Below are positions 43,156-53,543 of a DNA stretch of 64,000 nt, one piece after another. Within the stretch, counting starts at the first letter, position 1, and every line of letters begins with the position of its first letter. This DNA is from Candidatus Eiseniibacteriota bacterium (GTDB taxonomy: Bacteria > Eisenbacteria > RBG-16-71-46 > SZUA-252). The stretch lies in assembly GCA_036380835.1 (NCBI GenBank), contig DASVDZ010000004.1, forward strand, positions 7,482-71,481, read 5' to 3'. A program made the position numbers and the translations under genes. A model generated the notes under the pieces. It searched no databases and was not told where the DNA came from. It was given only the letters and a program-made list of their open reading frames with translations.

Positions 43156-44307
43156 CTAGCGCCTCCCCGACCCGGCCCTGTCCCGCGGGGCGCGCCGCTC
43201 CGCCATCCTCGCGACGAACTCGCGGAAGAGGTAGTGGCTGTCGTGGGGACCGGGGCTCGCCTCGGGGTGGTACTGCACCGAGAAGACGGGCAGGTCGCGG
43301 TGGCGGAACCCCTCCACCGTGCCGTCGTTCAGGTTGAGGTGCGTCAGGACGTACTCGGAGCGGTCGAAGAGCGCCGGATCGACCGCGAAGCCGTGGTTCT
43401 GCGCCGTGATCTCCACCTGCCCGGTCGCGAGGTTCTTGACCGGATGGTTGCCGCCGCGATGTCCGTACTTGAGCTTGAACGTCGTCCCGCCGCAGGCCAG
43501 GCCGAGGATCTGGTGGCCGAGGCAGATCCCGAAGAGCGGGCGGCCGCTTTGGATCAGCTCCCGGCCGGCCGCGACGGCGTACGCGCACGCCTCGGGATCG
43601 CCCGGCCCGTTCGAGAAGAAGATCCCCTCCGGGTCGAGCGCGAGCGCCTCGGCGGCCGGCGTCGTGGCGGGCAGGATCGTGACGTCGCAGCCCGCCAGCG
43701 TCAGCATGCGGAGGATGTTCTCCTTCATGCCGAAGTCGTACGCGACGACCCGGTACGGCGCGCTCCCGTCGGGAGTGCGCACGCCGTCCCGGTAGTGGTG
43801 CGGCGCCGCGCAGGTCACCTCGCGCGCCAGGTCGGCGCCGATCATCGAAGGAGCGCGCCGCGCCCGCTCGACCAGCGCGCTCGGGTCGTCTCCCGACGTC
43901 GAGATCACGCCCCGCTTGGCGCCGTGGGTGCGCAGGTGACGGGTCAGCATCCGGGTATCGATCTCGCTCACGCCGACGATCCCGGCCTCGTCCAGGTAGC
44001 GGTTCAGCTCCCCCGCCGCGCGCCACGAGGAGGCCGCGGTCGAGATCTCCCGGACGACGAACCCGGCCACCTGGGGGCGGGAGGACTCCACGTCGTCCCG
44101 GTTCACCCCGTAGTTGCCGATGTGGGGGTAGGTCATGGTGACGATCTGCCCGCGATAGGACGGATCGGTGAGGACTTCCTGGTAGCCGCAGAGGGCGGTG
44201 TTGAAGACGACCTCACCCGAAGTCTCACCAATGCGGCCGAACCGCTTGCCAATGAATACGATACCGTCCTCAAGCGCAAGCACGGCTCGGGCGTCGTCTC
44301 GGGACAT
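43156..44307 (-). CDS. carA: Carbamoyl-phosphate synthase small subunit (glutamine amidotransferase)
   Basis: 383 aa after trimming 184 aa of spurious extension. Starts [24 protein letters not shown]. GATase triad region [15 protein letters not shown]. Confidence 0.95.
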   Translation of the reverse strand: MSRDDARAVLALEDGIVFIGKRFGRIGETSGEVVFNTALCGYQEVLTDPSYRGQIVTMTYPHIGNYGVNRDDVESSRPQVAGFVVREISTAASSWRAAGELNRYLDEAGIVGVSEIDTRMLTRHLRTHGAKRGVISTSGDDPSALVERARRAPSMIGADLAREVTCAAPHHYRDGVRTPDGSAPYRVVAYDFGMKENILRMLTLAGCDVTILPATTPAAEALALDPEGIFFSNGPGDPEACAYAVAAGRELIQSGRPLFGICLGHQILGLACGGTTFKLKYGHRGGNHPVKNLATGQVEITAQNHGFAVDPALFDRSEYVLTHLNLNDGTVEGFRHRDLPVFSVQYHPEASPGPHDSHYLFREFVARMAERRAPRDRAGSGRR

Positions 44308-44412
44308 CGGGGGTGCGGGCCGCTCCTTTCGTGGCGGAGTGGATTCGGGCTCGATCCGGCGGTAGCCTTGGGGCTGGGCCGGTTTCCGGTCTGCCAATCC
44401 CAGGAGGCTCCC

Positions 44413-44853
44413 ATGGGACGAGTCGCCGATCTCCTCAGCGCCAAAGGCTCCGCCATCTATACCATTTCCAGCGACCAAACGGTGTACGAAGCGGTCGTCG
44501 AGATGGTCCGTCACAACGTCGGATCGCTCGTCGTACTCGAGGGCGACGATCCGGTGGGGATCATCACCGAGCGGGACTATCTCCGGGAGATCGCGCTCCG
44601 CGGCCGCACGTCGCGCAACACGGCGGTGCGGGACATCATGAGCCGGACGGTCATCGTGGTCGATCCGGACCGCTCGCTCGACGATTGCATGGCCATCATG
44701 ACGGAGCGGCGGGTCCGCCACCTCCCGGTGATCGAGCGGGGGCGGCTGGTGGGGCTCGTCTCGATCGGCGACGTCGTGAAACGGCTCTCCACCGATCAAC
44801 AGGTCGAAATCCGGTATCTCACCGACTACATCACGGGGAAATATCCAGCATGA
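44413..44853 (+). CDS. CBS-pair domain protein
   Basis: 146 aa, RBS CAGGAGG. Two CBS motifs ([20 protein letters not shown] ... [20 protein letters not shown]). Confidence 0.8.
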   Translation: MGRVADLLSAKGSAIYTISSDQTVYEAVVEMVRHNVGSLVVLEGDDPVGIITERDYLREIALRGRTSRNTAVRDIMSRTVIVVDPDRSLDDCMAIMTERRVRHLPVIERGRLVGLVSIGDVVKRLSTDQQVEIRYLTDYITGKYPA

Positions 44854-45398
44854 AGCCACGGCACGTCGTCGCGCTCGCCGCCGGAATCGCCGCGGTCTCC
44901 CTGATCGCCGCGGGAGAGTCGGCGGGCGGTCCGAGGGGGGCCGACAAGGCGGCCCCCGGCAAGCTCCGGCTCTATTCCGTGGAGCGAAAGGGATTCGTCA
45001 TGGTCGACAAGGTCGTGAAGAGCGAGGCGGAGTGGAAGAAGGAGCTCACGCCCGAGCAGTTCCGCATCACGCGCCAGGCCGGCACCGAGATCGCGTTCAC
45101 CGGGGCGTATTGGAACAACCATGACCGGGGGGTCTACCGGTGCGTCGCCTGCGGCAACGATCTCTTCGTGTCGGACACCAAGTTCGACAGCGGCACCGGC
45201 TGGCCGAGCTTCTGGAAGCCGGCCGCTCCGGAGAACGTCCAGACGGTCGGGGACGAGAGCCTCGGCATGGAGTGGAACGAGGTGCGCTGCGCCCGGTGCG
45301 GTTCCCATCTGGGGCATCTCTTCGACGACGGGCCCAAGCCGACCGGTCTTCGGTACTGCATCAACTCGGCGGCGCTTCGATTCGAGAAGGCGAAGTAG
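44850..45398 (+). CDS. msrB: Peptide-methionine (R)-S-oxide reductase MsrB, exported form
   Basis: 182 aa, signal peptide. Zn-binding CVACGNDLF / [12 protein letters not shown] and catalytic RYCINSAAL motif. The ATG overlaps the CBS gene stop. Confidence 0.9.
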   Translation: MKPRHVVALAAGIAAVSLIAAGESAGGPRGADKAAPGKLRLYSVERKGFVMVDKVVKSEAEWKKELTPEQFRITRQAGTEIAFTGAYWNNHDRGVYRCVACGNDLFVSDTKFDSGTGWPSFWKPAAPENVQTVGDESLGMEWNEVRCARCGSHLGHLFDDGPKPTGLRYCINSAALRFEKAK

Positions 45399-45416
45399 CG
45401 AAGAAGCACCGGCCGA

Positions 45417-46847
45417 CTAGCCCTTCACGCAGAGGATCGGCGTGAGCCGGGCCACGACGCGCGCGAGCCCCGCCCGCTCGGCGGCGTCGACCACGGCGGC
45501 CACGTCCTTGTAGGCGCCGGGCGCCTCCTCGGCGACGCCGCGCGGCGAGGGGCTCCGGATCTCGATCCCCCCGAGACGGAGCGACTCCATCACGTCGCGT
45601 CCCCGCCAGCGCTTGAGCGCCGCGGTGCGGCTCATGGCCCGCCCCGCGCCGTGGCAGGCGGACCCGAACGAGCGCGCTTCGCCCTCTCGCGTTCCCGCGA
45701 GGATGTACGAGGCGGTCCCCATCGTCCCGCCGATCAGGACCGGCTGGCCGGTCTCGCGGAGAACGCCCGAGAGCTCGGGGTGACCGGGCCCCCACGCGCG
45801 CGTGGCTCCCTTCCGGTGGACGTAGAGACGCATCGACTCGCCGCCGACCCGGTGCTCCTCCACCTTGCACGTGTTGTGCGATACGTCGTACAGGAGCGAA
45901 AGCGTCGTCCCGGGCAGGACCTCGTCGAACGCCTGGCGCGCCAGATGGGTCACGATTTCCCGGTTCGCGAGGGCGCAGTTGATCCCGGCGCGCATCGCGC
46001 CGAGGTATTCCGCGCCGAGATCCGAGTGGATCGGCGCGCACGCGAGCTCCCGGTCGGGAAGCGTGAGCCCATGGCTCGGGGCGGAGACGACCATTCGCTT
46101 CAGGTAGTCGGTGCCGATCTGGTGTCCGAGCCCGCGCGAGCCGCAGTGGATCGAGACGACCGCGTCGCCGACCCGGAGTCCGAAGGCCGTCGCGATGTCC
46201 GCGGCGCCGATCTCCGACACCTCCTGCACTTCGAGGTAGTGGTTGCCCGATCCCAGGGTGCCCATCTCGTCCTTCTGGCGCTTCTTGGCGTGGTCCGAGA
46301 CGGCCCCCGGAAGCGCGCCGTCCATCACGCCTCCCTCCTCGACGCGCTCGAGATCCTCGGGACGTCCCCATCCCCGTTCCACGGCCCAACGCGCCCCGCC
46401 GAGCAGCATCCGATCGACCTCCTTCGCGTCGAGGTGGATCCGGCCGGTGCTGCCCACGCCCGCGGGCACGGCCCGGTAGAGCGCGTCGGCGACGTCGCCC
46501 CGCCGGGCCCTGATCTCGGCCGCGGTGTGCCCGGTGAAGAGCGTGCGGACGCCGCAGGAAATGTCGAAGCCGACGCCGCCCGCCGAGACCACGCCCCCCT
46601 GGTCCGGATCGAACGCCGCGACGCCGCCGATCGGGAATCCATAGCCCCAATGGGCGTCCGGCATCACGTACGACGCCCGCACGATGCCGGGGAGCGCGGC
46701 GACGTTCACCGCCTGCTCGTAGACCTTGTCGTCCATGTCGCGCAGGAGCGCCTCGGTCGCGTAGAGGATCGCCGGCACCCGCATCGCCCCGTGCGCCGGA
46801 ATCCACCACTCGCACTCGCCGCGGTGCTCGAATCGGGTCAGCTCCAT
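45417..46847 (-). CDS. rtcB: RNA-splicing ligase RtcB (3'-phosphate/5'-hydroxyl RNA ligase)
   Basis: 476 aa. YVMPDAHWGYGFPIGGVAAFD, GGVGFDISCGVR, HCGSRGLGHQIG, HNTCKVEEH, SACHGAGRAMSR. Confidence 0.95.
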   Translation of the reverse strand: MELTRFEHRGECEWWIPAHGAMRVPAILYATEALLRDMDDKVYEQAVNVAALPGIVRASYVMPDAHWGYGFPIGGVAAFDPDQGGVVSAGGVGFDISCGVRTLFTGHTAAEIRARRGDVADALYRAVPAGVGSTGRIHLDAKEVDRMLLGGARWAVERGWGRPEDLERVEEGGVMDGALPGAVSDHAKKRQKDEMGTLGSGNHYLEVQEVSEIGAADIATAFGLRVGDAVVSIHCGSRGLGHQIGTDYLKRMVVSAPSHGLTLPDRELACAPIHSDLGAEYLGAMRAGINCALANREIVTHLARQAFDEVLPGTTLSLLYDVSHNTCKVEEHRVGGESMRLYVHRKGATRAWGPGHPELSGVLRETGQPVLIGGTMGTASYILAGTREGEARSFGSACHGAGRAMSRTAALKRWRGRDVMESLRLGGIEIRSPSPRGVAEEAPGAYKDVAAVVDAAERAGLARVVARLTPILCVKG

Positions 46848-46875
46848 CGCATGGCCTCGCCCCCGCCACCTGACG

Positions 46876-47940
46876 TCACACGTCCACCACGCACTGCGCG
46901 ACCCATGTCCCGTTCGGCTCGCGCGCGACGCGGAGCGAAGTGAAGGTCGCCCCCTTCGGTTCCACGGCCGGTTGGTGCGACCCGACGCGCACGGGCTCTC
47001 CCCAAGCCCGCCCCTCGAGCGCGTGCTCCCCGATCGAGACGGCGTAGCGGCCGAAGACCATGCGCCGCGTCGCCATCTCGTAGATCACGGCGTTCAGCCA
47101 GTCGACGAGCAGCAGCTCCGGGTCCTGCGGCGCCGGCGCGGGAACGCGGATCGATACCGACTCCGCGTCCTGAACCGTCTCCGGTTCGAGCAGCACGGCG
47201 GTCAGGGCAGTCGCCGCCTGCGCGAACGCCTCTTCCATCGTGGCGCCGCGGCCGCGCACGCCGACGTCCGCGCCGTGCTCGAAGTGCTCCCACCGCCCGG
47301 CCCTGGCGGCCGTCTCGAGCAGGCGCACGACCTCGTCGTCGGTCACCTGGTGGAAGTCTTCGAAGAACGCTCCGACCGCGAGGAAGCGCTCGGGCGTCGA
47401 CAGGACGACGACCTCGTCGGCCTCGCGACGGAGCCGGCGGAGGGTCTCCGGCGGGGCGACCGCGGCGGCCGCGACGAGGCGCGCGGGCTTCCGCGCTCGA
47501 ATCAGGCGGAGCGCGGCCGCGAGCGTCGCGCCCGTCGCGACGCCGTCGTCGACGACGATCACCGTCCGCCCCGCGGGGTCGGCGGGCGCGCGCGCCGGCG
47601 TATAGCGGGCGCGGCGCTCGAGGAGGAGCCGCCACTGACGCTGGCGCTCCTCCTCGAGATAGCGCTCCGGGAGCCCCAGCTCCCCGGCGTTCCCGTGGAG
47701 CGTCACCGCTCCCGTCTCGTCCACCGCGCCGACGGCGAGCTCGGCCTGGCGCGGCGCGCCCAGCTTGTGGACCAACACGACGTCGAGGTCGCCCTCGAGC
47801 TCTCTCGCGATGATCGCGGCCATCGGCATCGCGCCCCGCGGGACGCCGAGCACGAGGGGGCGGCTCCCGCGGTAGCGCGAGAGTCGGCGCGCGAGACGGC
47901 GCGCGGCGTCCTCCCGATCCCGGAATGTCTCCGCGTTCAC
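46876..47940 (-). CDS. Type-I phosphoribosyltransferase domain fused to archease (RtcB activator)
   Basis: 354 aa. The N-terminal ~210 aa contain the PRTase fold with PRPP-binding loop VIVVDDGVATGATL. The C-terminal ~140 aa are archease (HFEHGADVGVRGRGATMEEAFAQAA ... EGRAWGEP ... KGATFTSLRV). Lies 28 nt upstream of rtcB on the same strand. Confidence 0.8.
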   Translation of the reverse strand: MNAETFRDREDAARRLARRLSRYRGSRPLVLGVPRGAMPMAAIIARELEGDLDVVLVHKLGAPRQAELAVGAVDETGAVTLHGNAGELGLPERYLEEERQRQWRLLLERRARYTPARAPADPAGRTVIVVDDGVATGATLAAALRLIRARKPARLVAAAAVAPPETLRRLRREADEVVVLSTPERFLAVGAFFEDFHQVTDDEVVRLLETAARAGRWEHFEHGADVGVRGRGATMEEAFAQAATALTAVLLEPETVQDAESVSIRVPAPAPQDPELLLVDWLNAVIYEMATRRMVFGRYAVSIGEHALEGRAWGEPVRVGSHQPAVEPKGATFTSLRVAREPNGTWVAQCVVDV

Positions 47941-47950
47941 GGCCCGCCTC

Positions 47951-48874
47951 TCATCGGACGGCCCCCGGCGCGAGGCCGAGTCCCGCGGCGACGCCGACGG
48001 CGTACAGCGTGAACGAAAGAAGCGCCCAGGCCTGGGCCGGCACGATCCGCGCCGTAACCTCGGGGTCCCGGGCGAGCCGGCGAGCGGCCACGACGGCGTG
48101 CGGGAGCCCGGCGAGCCCCAGGAGGACGAGGGGCGGGCCCGTCGTGGCGGCGATCGCGACGAGCCCCGCGAACGCGACCGCGATCAGCGCCGCGAACGCG
48201 CGGCTCGCCGCCCGGCGCCCCAGCCGGACGACGAGCGTCCGCTTCCCCGCCGCGAGATCGGAGCGGTAGTCGGGGAATTCGTTGATCCAGAGGAAGGCCG
48301 CGACGAGGATTCCGAGCGGGATCGAGAGAAGGAGGGCGTCCCGGCCGATGGCTCCCCGCTGGACCAGATCGACGCCGCAGGCGATCAGCGGGCCGTAGGT
48401 CAGAGCGACCGCCGCCTCTCCGAGGCCGCGATACGAGAGCCGGAGCGGGGCCGCGTGGTAGAACCAGGCGAGGAGGACGCCGGCGAGCCCGAGCCAGAGG
48501 ACGCGCGGCTCGCGCGCGACGGTGATCCAGAGGCCGATGGCGATCACGGCGCCGTACCCGACCGCCGCGACCGCCGCCGTTTCGCGGCGGCTCAGGAGCC
48601 CGTCCACCAGGACGCGCTTCCCCCCGGAGAAGGGGCTCCGGTCCTCCGGCGCGACTCCCCCGTCGGCGCCCGAGTCGAAGTCGACCAGCTCGCCCGAGGC
48701 GTTCTTCGCCGTTTCGACGCAGAAGATCCCCGCGATCGTCACGACGAGCCATCCCCATTCCACCGGACCCGCGCGCGCGGCGGCCGCGGCGCCCACGAGG
48801 AGCGAGGCCGCCGACGCGAGCGTGATCTTCGGATCGGCCAGGCGGTGGACGCCCTGGCCCCAGCTGGCCCTCAT
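47951..48874 (-). CDS. UbiA-family aromatic prenyltransferase (MenA-like)
   Basis: Multi-TM. Asp-rich motif region (ETAKNASGELVDFDSGADGG) and a second motif (YRSDLAAGKRTLVVRLG), as in UbiA/MenA enzymes. Start taken at MRASWGQG; the upstream Met at 48919 is possible. Confidence 0.7.
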   Translation of the reverse strand: MRASWGQGVHRLADPKITLASAASLLVGAAAAARAGPVEWGWLVVTIAGIFCVETAKNASGELVDFDSGADGGVAPEDRSPFSGGKRVLVDGLLSRRETAAVAAVGYGAVIAIGLWITVAREPRVLWLGLAGVLLAWFYHAAPLRLSYRGLGEAAVALTYGPLIACGVDLVQRGAIGRDALLLSIPLGILVAAFLWINEFPDYRSDLAAGKRTLVVRLGRRAASRAFAALIAVAFAGLVAIAATTGPPLVLLGLAGLPHAVVAARRLARDPEVTARIVPAQAWALLSFTLYAVGVAAGLGLAPGAVR

Positions 48875-49124
48875 GCGCCCCCCTCGGTCCGCACGGCGCG
48901 CGCCACGCTCAGCGAACACCCGGCGCGATACCGGGTCAAGAGGTTCCGGCCCGCCGGGGCCATGTCATCCCTTGGTAGCGTTCCCAGTCGCCCCGCCCGG
49001 GTCTATCGTTGTATGTAGAGGGGGTTTCGGTAGGGTTTTCAAATCGACCTGTTCCGTCGGCGCCAAGGGTGTCAACCTACGCGATGGGCAGTCCGCGGAG
49101 CCGGCCCGTCAAAGGAGGGAGTCG

Positions 49125-49559
49125 ATGAAGGTTCTCATCGGAGTCGATGATTCGCCGTTTTCCGAGGCGGCGCTCGCCTACGTGAAGCAGGCGGCTTGGC
49201 CGCAGGGGACCCAGTTCATCGTCTTGTCCTCGAGTCCGCCCATCTGGATCGGGCCGGGGGAGGCCGTGGGAGCCGCTCCGATCGCCCAGCTGAACCAGGA
49301 GCAGCAGGACTACCATCGCGAGGTCGCGGAGAAGGCGGCCAAGTTGCTCACCGGGGCCGGCCTCGCCGCCAAGGCGGTCTCGATGCTCGGCGATCCGCGG
49401 TCGGCGATCACCGACGCCGCGACGAGGGAGAAGGCCGACCTGGTGATCGTCGGCTCCCACGGCCGCTCCGGCATCAAGAAGCTGCTCCTCGGGAGCGTGG
49501 CGTCGCACGTCGTCTCCCACGCGCCCTGCAGCGTTCTCGTGGTGAAGCGGGCGGCCTAG
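49125..49559 (+). CDS. Universal stress protein (UspA family)
   Basis: 144 aa, strong RBS AAAGGAGGGA. MKVLIGVDDSPFSEAAL ... LVIVGSHGRSGIKKLLLGSVASHVVSHAPCSVLVV. Confidence 0.85.
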   Translation: MKVLIGVDDSPFSEAALAYVKQAAWPQGTQFIVLSSSPPIWIGPGEAVGAAPIAQLNQEQQDYHREVAEKAAKLLTGAGLAAKAVSMLGDPRSAITDAATREKADLVIVGSHGRSGIKKLLLGSVASHVVSHAPCSVLVVKRAA

Positions 49560-50779
49560 CCTCCCCGCTCCTCCGGCGGCTTCACGCCGCGGAACGACAC
49601 GTAGAGCAGGACGTCGTAGGCGATCTTCATCCCCGCGCCGATCACGAGCGGCGCGCCGAGAGACGGCCCCCGCATGAAGAGCCCCGCGAAGGCGGGGGCC
49701 ACGGCCCACGACCCGAGCCGGACCAGGTGCGTCACCCCGGACGCCGCGGTCCGCTCCTCCGGCCCGACCACCGCCATGACGTAGGACTGCCGCGTGGGCA
49801 CGTCCATCTCCACGAGCCCCTCCCGGAGGAGGAAGAGCGCGGCCGCGATCGCGAAGGTCGGCGCAAAAGGGACGGTCAAGAGGAAGACGCTCGACGGAAT
49901 GTGCGTGAAGACCATCGTGTTCACGAGGCCGATCCGGCGCGCGAGCCAGGCCGCGCCGAGGTGCGAACCGGCGTTCAGGAGGCGCGCGGCGAAGAAAAGG
50001 AGCCCGATTCCTTCCTCCCGCACGCCGAACCGGACGTAGAAGAAATAGGAGAGGAGGGCGGTCGTGAGGAATCCACCGCCCAGGCCGTCGAGGGCGAAGA
50101 GCGCCGAGATCCGCGTGACGATGCGGCGCGTGGCCGGGGTCAGGGCGACGCGGGCCACTCGCGTCGCCGCCTCGACCCGCGGCGAGAGTCCCCGGTAGAG
50201 GAGCGCGGTCGCGAAGAGGAGGACCGCGTAGACGAGGACCGCGAGGCGGAGCGATTCCGTGTTCCCCGCGTGCGCGGCGCGGAACGCGGCCGGGAGGCCG
50301 GCCGCGAGCGACCCCAGCGCGTGGCCGGCGTCTTGGAGCACGTTGTAGTACGCGAAGACCGCCGTGCGGCGTCCCGGGCTCGCGGTCGACGGAAGGATCA
50401 CCTGATCGAGGATCATCGACGCCCCGCGGTCCCGGCCCATCCCGTTCAGCATCCCGAAAAACGCCGCGAGGGCGACCACGCCGAACCGCGACGCGAAGGC
50501 GACCGCGACGCCCCCCGAGGCGCCGAGGAGGCCGAGCAGGAAGAGCCCCCGGCGCCGGCCGAGCCGATCGCCGCGGAGCGTGATCACCAGCGCGGCCACG
50601 GCGGCGCCGGAGAGTCCCGCGGTGACGACGGCGCCGATCCGCGCGGCGTCGAGCCCGGAGGCCGCGAGGTGGATCCCGATCAGCACGCCGATCATGCCCG
50701 TGGCGAGCGCGCGGAGGAAGGCGGCCACGTAGAGGATCGCGCGGTCGCGCGAGGACGCCGTCGCCGTGGGATCGATCAC
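49556..50779 (-). CDS. MFS transporter
   Basis: About 408 aa, 12 TM helices, MFS motif GDRLGRRRG. Probable GTG start (VIDPTATASS) at 50779; the track ORF extended to 51511 overlaps the PiT gene and is rejected. Confidence 0.7.
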   Translation of the reverse strand: MIDPTATASSRDRAILYVAAFLRALATGMIGVLIGIHLAASGLDAARIGAVVTAGLSGAAVAALVITLRGDRLGRRRGLFLLGLLGASGGVAVAFASRFGVVALAAFFGMLNGMGRDRGASMILDQVILPSTASPGRRTAVFAYYNVLQDAGHALGSLAAGLPAAFRAAHAGNTESLRLAVLVYAVLLFATALLYRGLSPRVEAATRVARVALTPATRRIVTRISALFALDGLGGGFLTTALLSYFFYVRFGVREEGIGLLFFAARLLNAGSHLGAAWLARRIGLVNTMVFTHIPSSVFLLTVPFAPTFAIAAALFLLREGLVEMDVPTRQSYVMAVVGPEERTAASGVTHLVRLGSWAVAPAFAGLFMRGPSLGAPLVIGAGMKIAYDVLLYVSFRGVKPPEERGG

Positions 50780-50787
50780 GCGGGCAC

Positions 50788-51807
50788 TCAGCGGCCGAGC
50801 GAGGAGGTCGCCAGGTAGGTGACCGCCGCGACGGCCGCCGCCGCCGGGATGGTGAGCACCCAAGCCCAGACGATGCGCCCGGCCACGCCCCATCGCACCG
50901 CCGAGAGCCGCCGCGTCGAGCCGACGCCCACGATCGCGCCGGTGATCGTATGCGTCGTCGAGACCGGAACGCCGAGGTGGGTCGCCGCGAAGAGGCTGAC
51001 GGCGCCGGCCGTCTCCGCGCAGAAGCCTCCGAACGGGCGGAGCTTCGTGACGCGCGAGCCGAGCGTGTGGACGATCCGCCATCCCCCGGACAGCGTCCCG
51101 AACGCGATCGCCGCGCCGCAGGAGATGACGACCCACGTCGGAATGTAGAAGTGGTCGATCCGCCCCGTCGTCACGAGGAGGAGCGCGATGATGCCCATCG
51201 TCTTCTGGGCGTCGTTCGCGCCATGGCCCAGCGAGTAGAGCGCCGCGGAGAGGAGCTGGAGCCGCCGGAAGAGCTGGTCCACCTTGCCCGGCAGGGCGCG
51301 GCGGAAGATCCACGACGTGACGATCATGTTCCCCCATCCGAGGATGAGCCCCACGAGCGGCGCGACGACGATGAAGACGGCGATCTTCGTCAGCCCCGGC
51401 AGGATCACGGCGGCGATCCCTCCGTAGCACATGGCGGCGCCCACCAGTCCCCCGATCAGGGCGTGGGACGACGACGTGGGGAGTCCGAGCCACCAGGTGA
51501 GCAGATTCCACACGATCGCTCCCACGAGGGCCGAGAGGAGCACGTGGTTGTTGACCGCCTCGGTGATCACGATCCCCTTCCCCACCGTCTTCGCCACGGC
51601 CTCGCCCAGCACGAACACGGCGATGAAGTTGAAGAAGGCAGCCCAGACGACCGCGAATCCCGGCGTCAGGACCCGCGTCGAGACGACCGTCGCGATCGAG
51701 TTGGCGGCGTCGTGGAATCCGTTCAGGTAGTCGAAGAAGAGGGCGAGGACGATGATGAAGAGGACGAGGGGCGAGAACGCGTCGCCGGCGCCGAGGGGGA
51801 CGCTCAC
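50788..51807 (-). CDS. Inorganic phosphate transporter, PiT family
   Basis: 339 aa. PiT signature at both repeats (FFDYLNGFHDAANSIATVVSTR and LGHGANDAQKTMGII). Confidence 0.9.
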   Translation of the reverse strand: MSVPLGAGDAFSPLVLFIIVLALFFDYLNGFHDAANSIATVVSTRVLTPGFAVVWAAFFNFIAVFVLGEAVAKTVGKGIVITEAVNNHVLLSALVGAIVWNLLTWWLGLPTSSSHALIGGLVGAAMCYGGIAAVILPGLTKIAVFIVVAPLVGLILGWGNMIVTSWIFRRALPGKVDQLFRRLQLLSAALYSLGHGANDAQKTMGIIALLLVTTGRIDHFYIPTWVVISCGAAIAFGTLSGGWRIVHTLGSRVTKLRPFGGFCAETAGAVSLFAATHLGVPVSTTHTITGAIVGVGSTRRLSAVRWGVAGRIVWAWVLTIPAAAAVAAVTYLATSSLGR

Positions 51808-51820
51808 CGATCGGCGCCCG

Positions 51821-52435
51821 TCAGTTGTTCTTCACGACGATGCCCTCGAGGATGTTCGCGACGTCCTCGCAGTCGTCCGTCGTGGCCTCGAGGCGCCCGT
51901 ACAGCTCCTTCCACTTGATCAACTCCCGGAAATCGGCCGCGTCCTCGAACAGTTTCGCCGTCATGTTCCGCGAGATGGTATCGGCGTCGTTCTCGAGGGT
52001 ATGGATCTCGACGCAGTAGGCCTGGATCCGCTTCGGGTCCCGGAGGTGCTTCACGGCCTCGCAGATGGCGACGCAGGCGCGCTCGATGATGTCGATCAGC
52101 TCGATCGTCTCGGGCGTGACGCTCTGGACCTTGAAGAGAGCGAACCGGCTCGAGACGCCTTCGATGTTGTCGAGCACGTCGTCGAGGGCGCTGGCGAGCG
52201 CGTGGATGTCCTCGCGATCGAACGGGGTGATGAACGTGCGGTTGAGCGTGCTGATCAGATCGTGCGTGAGCTGATCGCCCCGGCTCTCGAGCTCCTTGAT
52301 GTGTTGCGCCTTCTCCCCGACGTGGTCGAACTGGCGCGCCAACCCCTGGAGCGCCCGCGCGGCCTCGAGGACGGTCTCGGCCTGGGATCCGAAGAGCTCG
52401 AAGAACCGGTGCTCGGTCGGAAGGAATCGCAACAT
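51821..52435 (-). CDS. DUF47 (PhoU-like) protein paired with PiT
   Basis: 204 aa. Start MLRFLPTEHRFFELF, typical of DUF47; the ORF-track Met at 52537 is rejected as an extension. Lies 13 nt upstream of the PiT gene. Confidence 0.8.
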   Translation of the reverse strand: MLRFLPTEHRFFELFGSQAETVLEAARALQGLARQFDHVGEKAQHIKELESRGDQLTHDLISTLNRTFITPFDREDIHALASALDDVLDNIEGVSSRFALFKVQSVTPETIELIDIIERACVAICEAVKHLRDPKRIQAYCVEIHTLENDADTISRNMTAKLFEDAADFRELIKWKELYGRLEATTDDCEDVANILEGIVVKNN

Positions 52436-52521
52436 GGTCGCGCCGTGTATACACCACGGGGGCGCTCCCTGTCCATGTCGCTCTCGCGCGATCGCCCCCG
52501 AGTGCGGTAGGATGCCGCGCC

Positions 52522-53514
52522 ATGGCGGGTCTTCCACGATCCTCGGTCGGCCGATGGCTGCCGGGCACGCTGATCCTGGTCGCGCTGCTCGTCTTCGGGT
52601 TGCGAAACGTCGCGTGGCGCCACTTCTCGGAGATCCTGCAGCGGGCCGAGCCGTCGTGGATCCTGGCGGCCGTCGTGCTGCAGCTCGGCACGTATCTCTG
52701 CGCGGCGGGCGTCCTCCATCGCGGGATCGCCGCCTCCGGCGTGCGGCGCTCGCTCCTCTCGCTCGTCCCCCTCGGCCTCGCCAAGCTCTTCATCGACCAG
52801 GTCGTTCCGACCGGGGGCCTCGGCGGGACCCTCCTGGTGGTGCGAGCGCTCGAGCGGCGCACCGTCCCGCGCGGCGTCGCGACCGCGGCGGTCGTCGTGA
52901 ACATGCTCTCGTTCTACGCGGCCTACGCGATCGCGGTGGCGGCCACGCTGGGAGTGCTCTGGCTCGGCCACAAGTTCCACCCCGCGATCCTCGTCCTCCT
53001 GACCCTGTTCGCGTTCTACGCGACGGCGATGCCGGTGCTGATCCTCTGGATCGTCTACGGCGGCCCCCGGTCCCGCCCGGCGTGGCTCCACCGGGTGCCG
53101 GGCTTCGACGCGGCGCTCCGGGCGATCGAGGAGGCGCCCGCGTCCACGCTCCGTCACCCGCTCCTCTTCCTCGAGTCGATCCTGCTCCAGCTCGCGATCG
53201 TCGTCCTCGACGCGCTGACGCTCGACGTGCTCCTTCGCGCGACCGGACACGTGGCACCCTTCCCGATCGTCTTCACGAGCTTCGTGCTCGCGTCGATCGC
53301 CGCCACGCTGAGCCTTCTTCCGGGCGGCGTCGGGACGTTCGAGGCGGGCTCCGTCGCCTCGCTCCACTACTTCGGCGTGCCGCTCGAGGTCTCCTTGACC
53401 GCGACGCTCCTCGTGCGCGGCTTCACGCTCTGGCTCCCGCTCGTACCCGGCGTCTGGTTCGCGCGCCACGAGATGATGGGGTCGGCGCCGCCCGGCGACG
53501 CGCCCCCGCCCTAG
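52522..53514 (+). CDS. UPF0104 / lysylphosphatidylglycerol-synthase-TM-region-like flippase-type membrane protein
   Basis: 330 aa, about 8 TM helices. The pattern resembles the TIGR00374 family (SILLQLAIVVLDALTLDVLLRATG...SLLPGGVGTFEAGSVASL). Confidence 0.6.
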   Translation: MAGLPRSSVGRWLPGTLILVALLVFGLRNVAWRHFSEILQRAEPSWILAAVVLQLGTYLCAAGVLHRGIAASGVRRSLLSLVPLGLAKLFIDQVVPTGGLGGTLLVVRALERRTVPRGVATAAVVVNMLSFYAAYAIAVAATLGVLWLGHKFHPAILVLLTLFAFYATAMPVLILWIVYGGPRSRPAWLHRVPGFDAALRAIEEAPASTLRHPLLFLESILLQLAIVVLDALTLDVLLRATGHVAPFPIVFTSFVLASIAATLSLLPGGVGTFEAGSVASLHYFGVPLEVSLTATLLVRGFTLWLPLVPGVWFARHEMMGSAPPGDAPPP

Positions 53515-53543
53515 ACCCGGCGCGAGCGGCCCCCGCGGCGCGC

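Noticed and set aside
43154-44026. 291-aa N-terminal extension of carB and 184-aa extension of carA in the ORF track
   Set aside because: Extensions are Arg/Pro-rich and overlap the upstream gene. The conserved CarB/CarA N-termini ([22 protein letters not shown] / [15 protein letters not shown]) begin at internal Met codons.
48920-49124. About 200-nt intergenic region upstream of uspA as a possible small RNA or riboswitch
   Set aside because: No convincing conserved structure or known riboswitch sequence could be recognised by eye. It is left unannotated.
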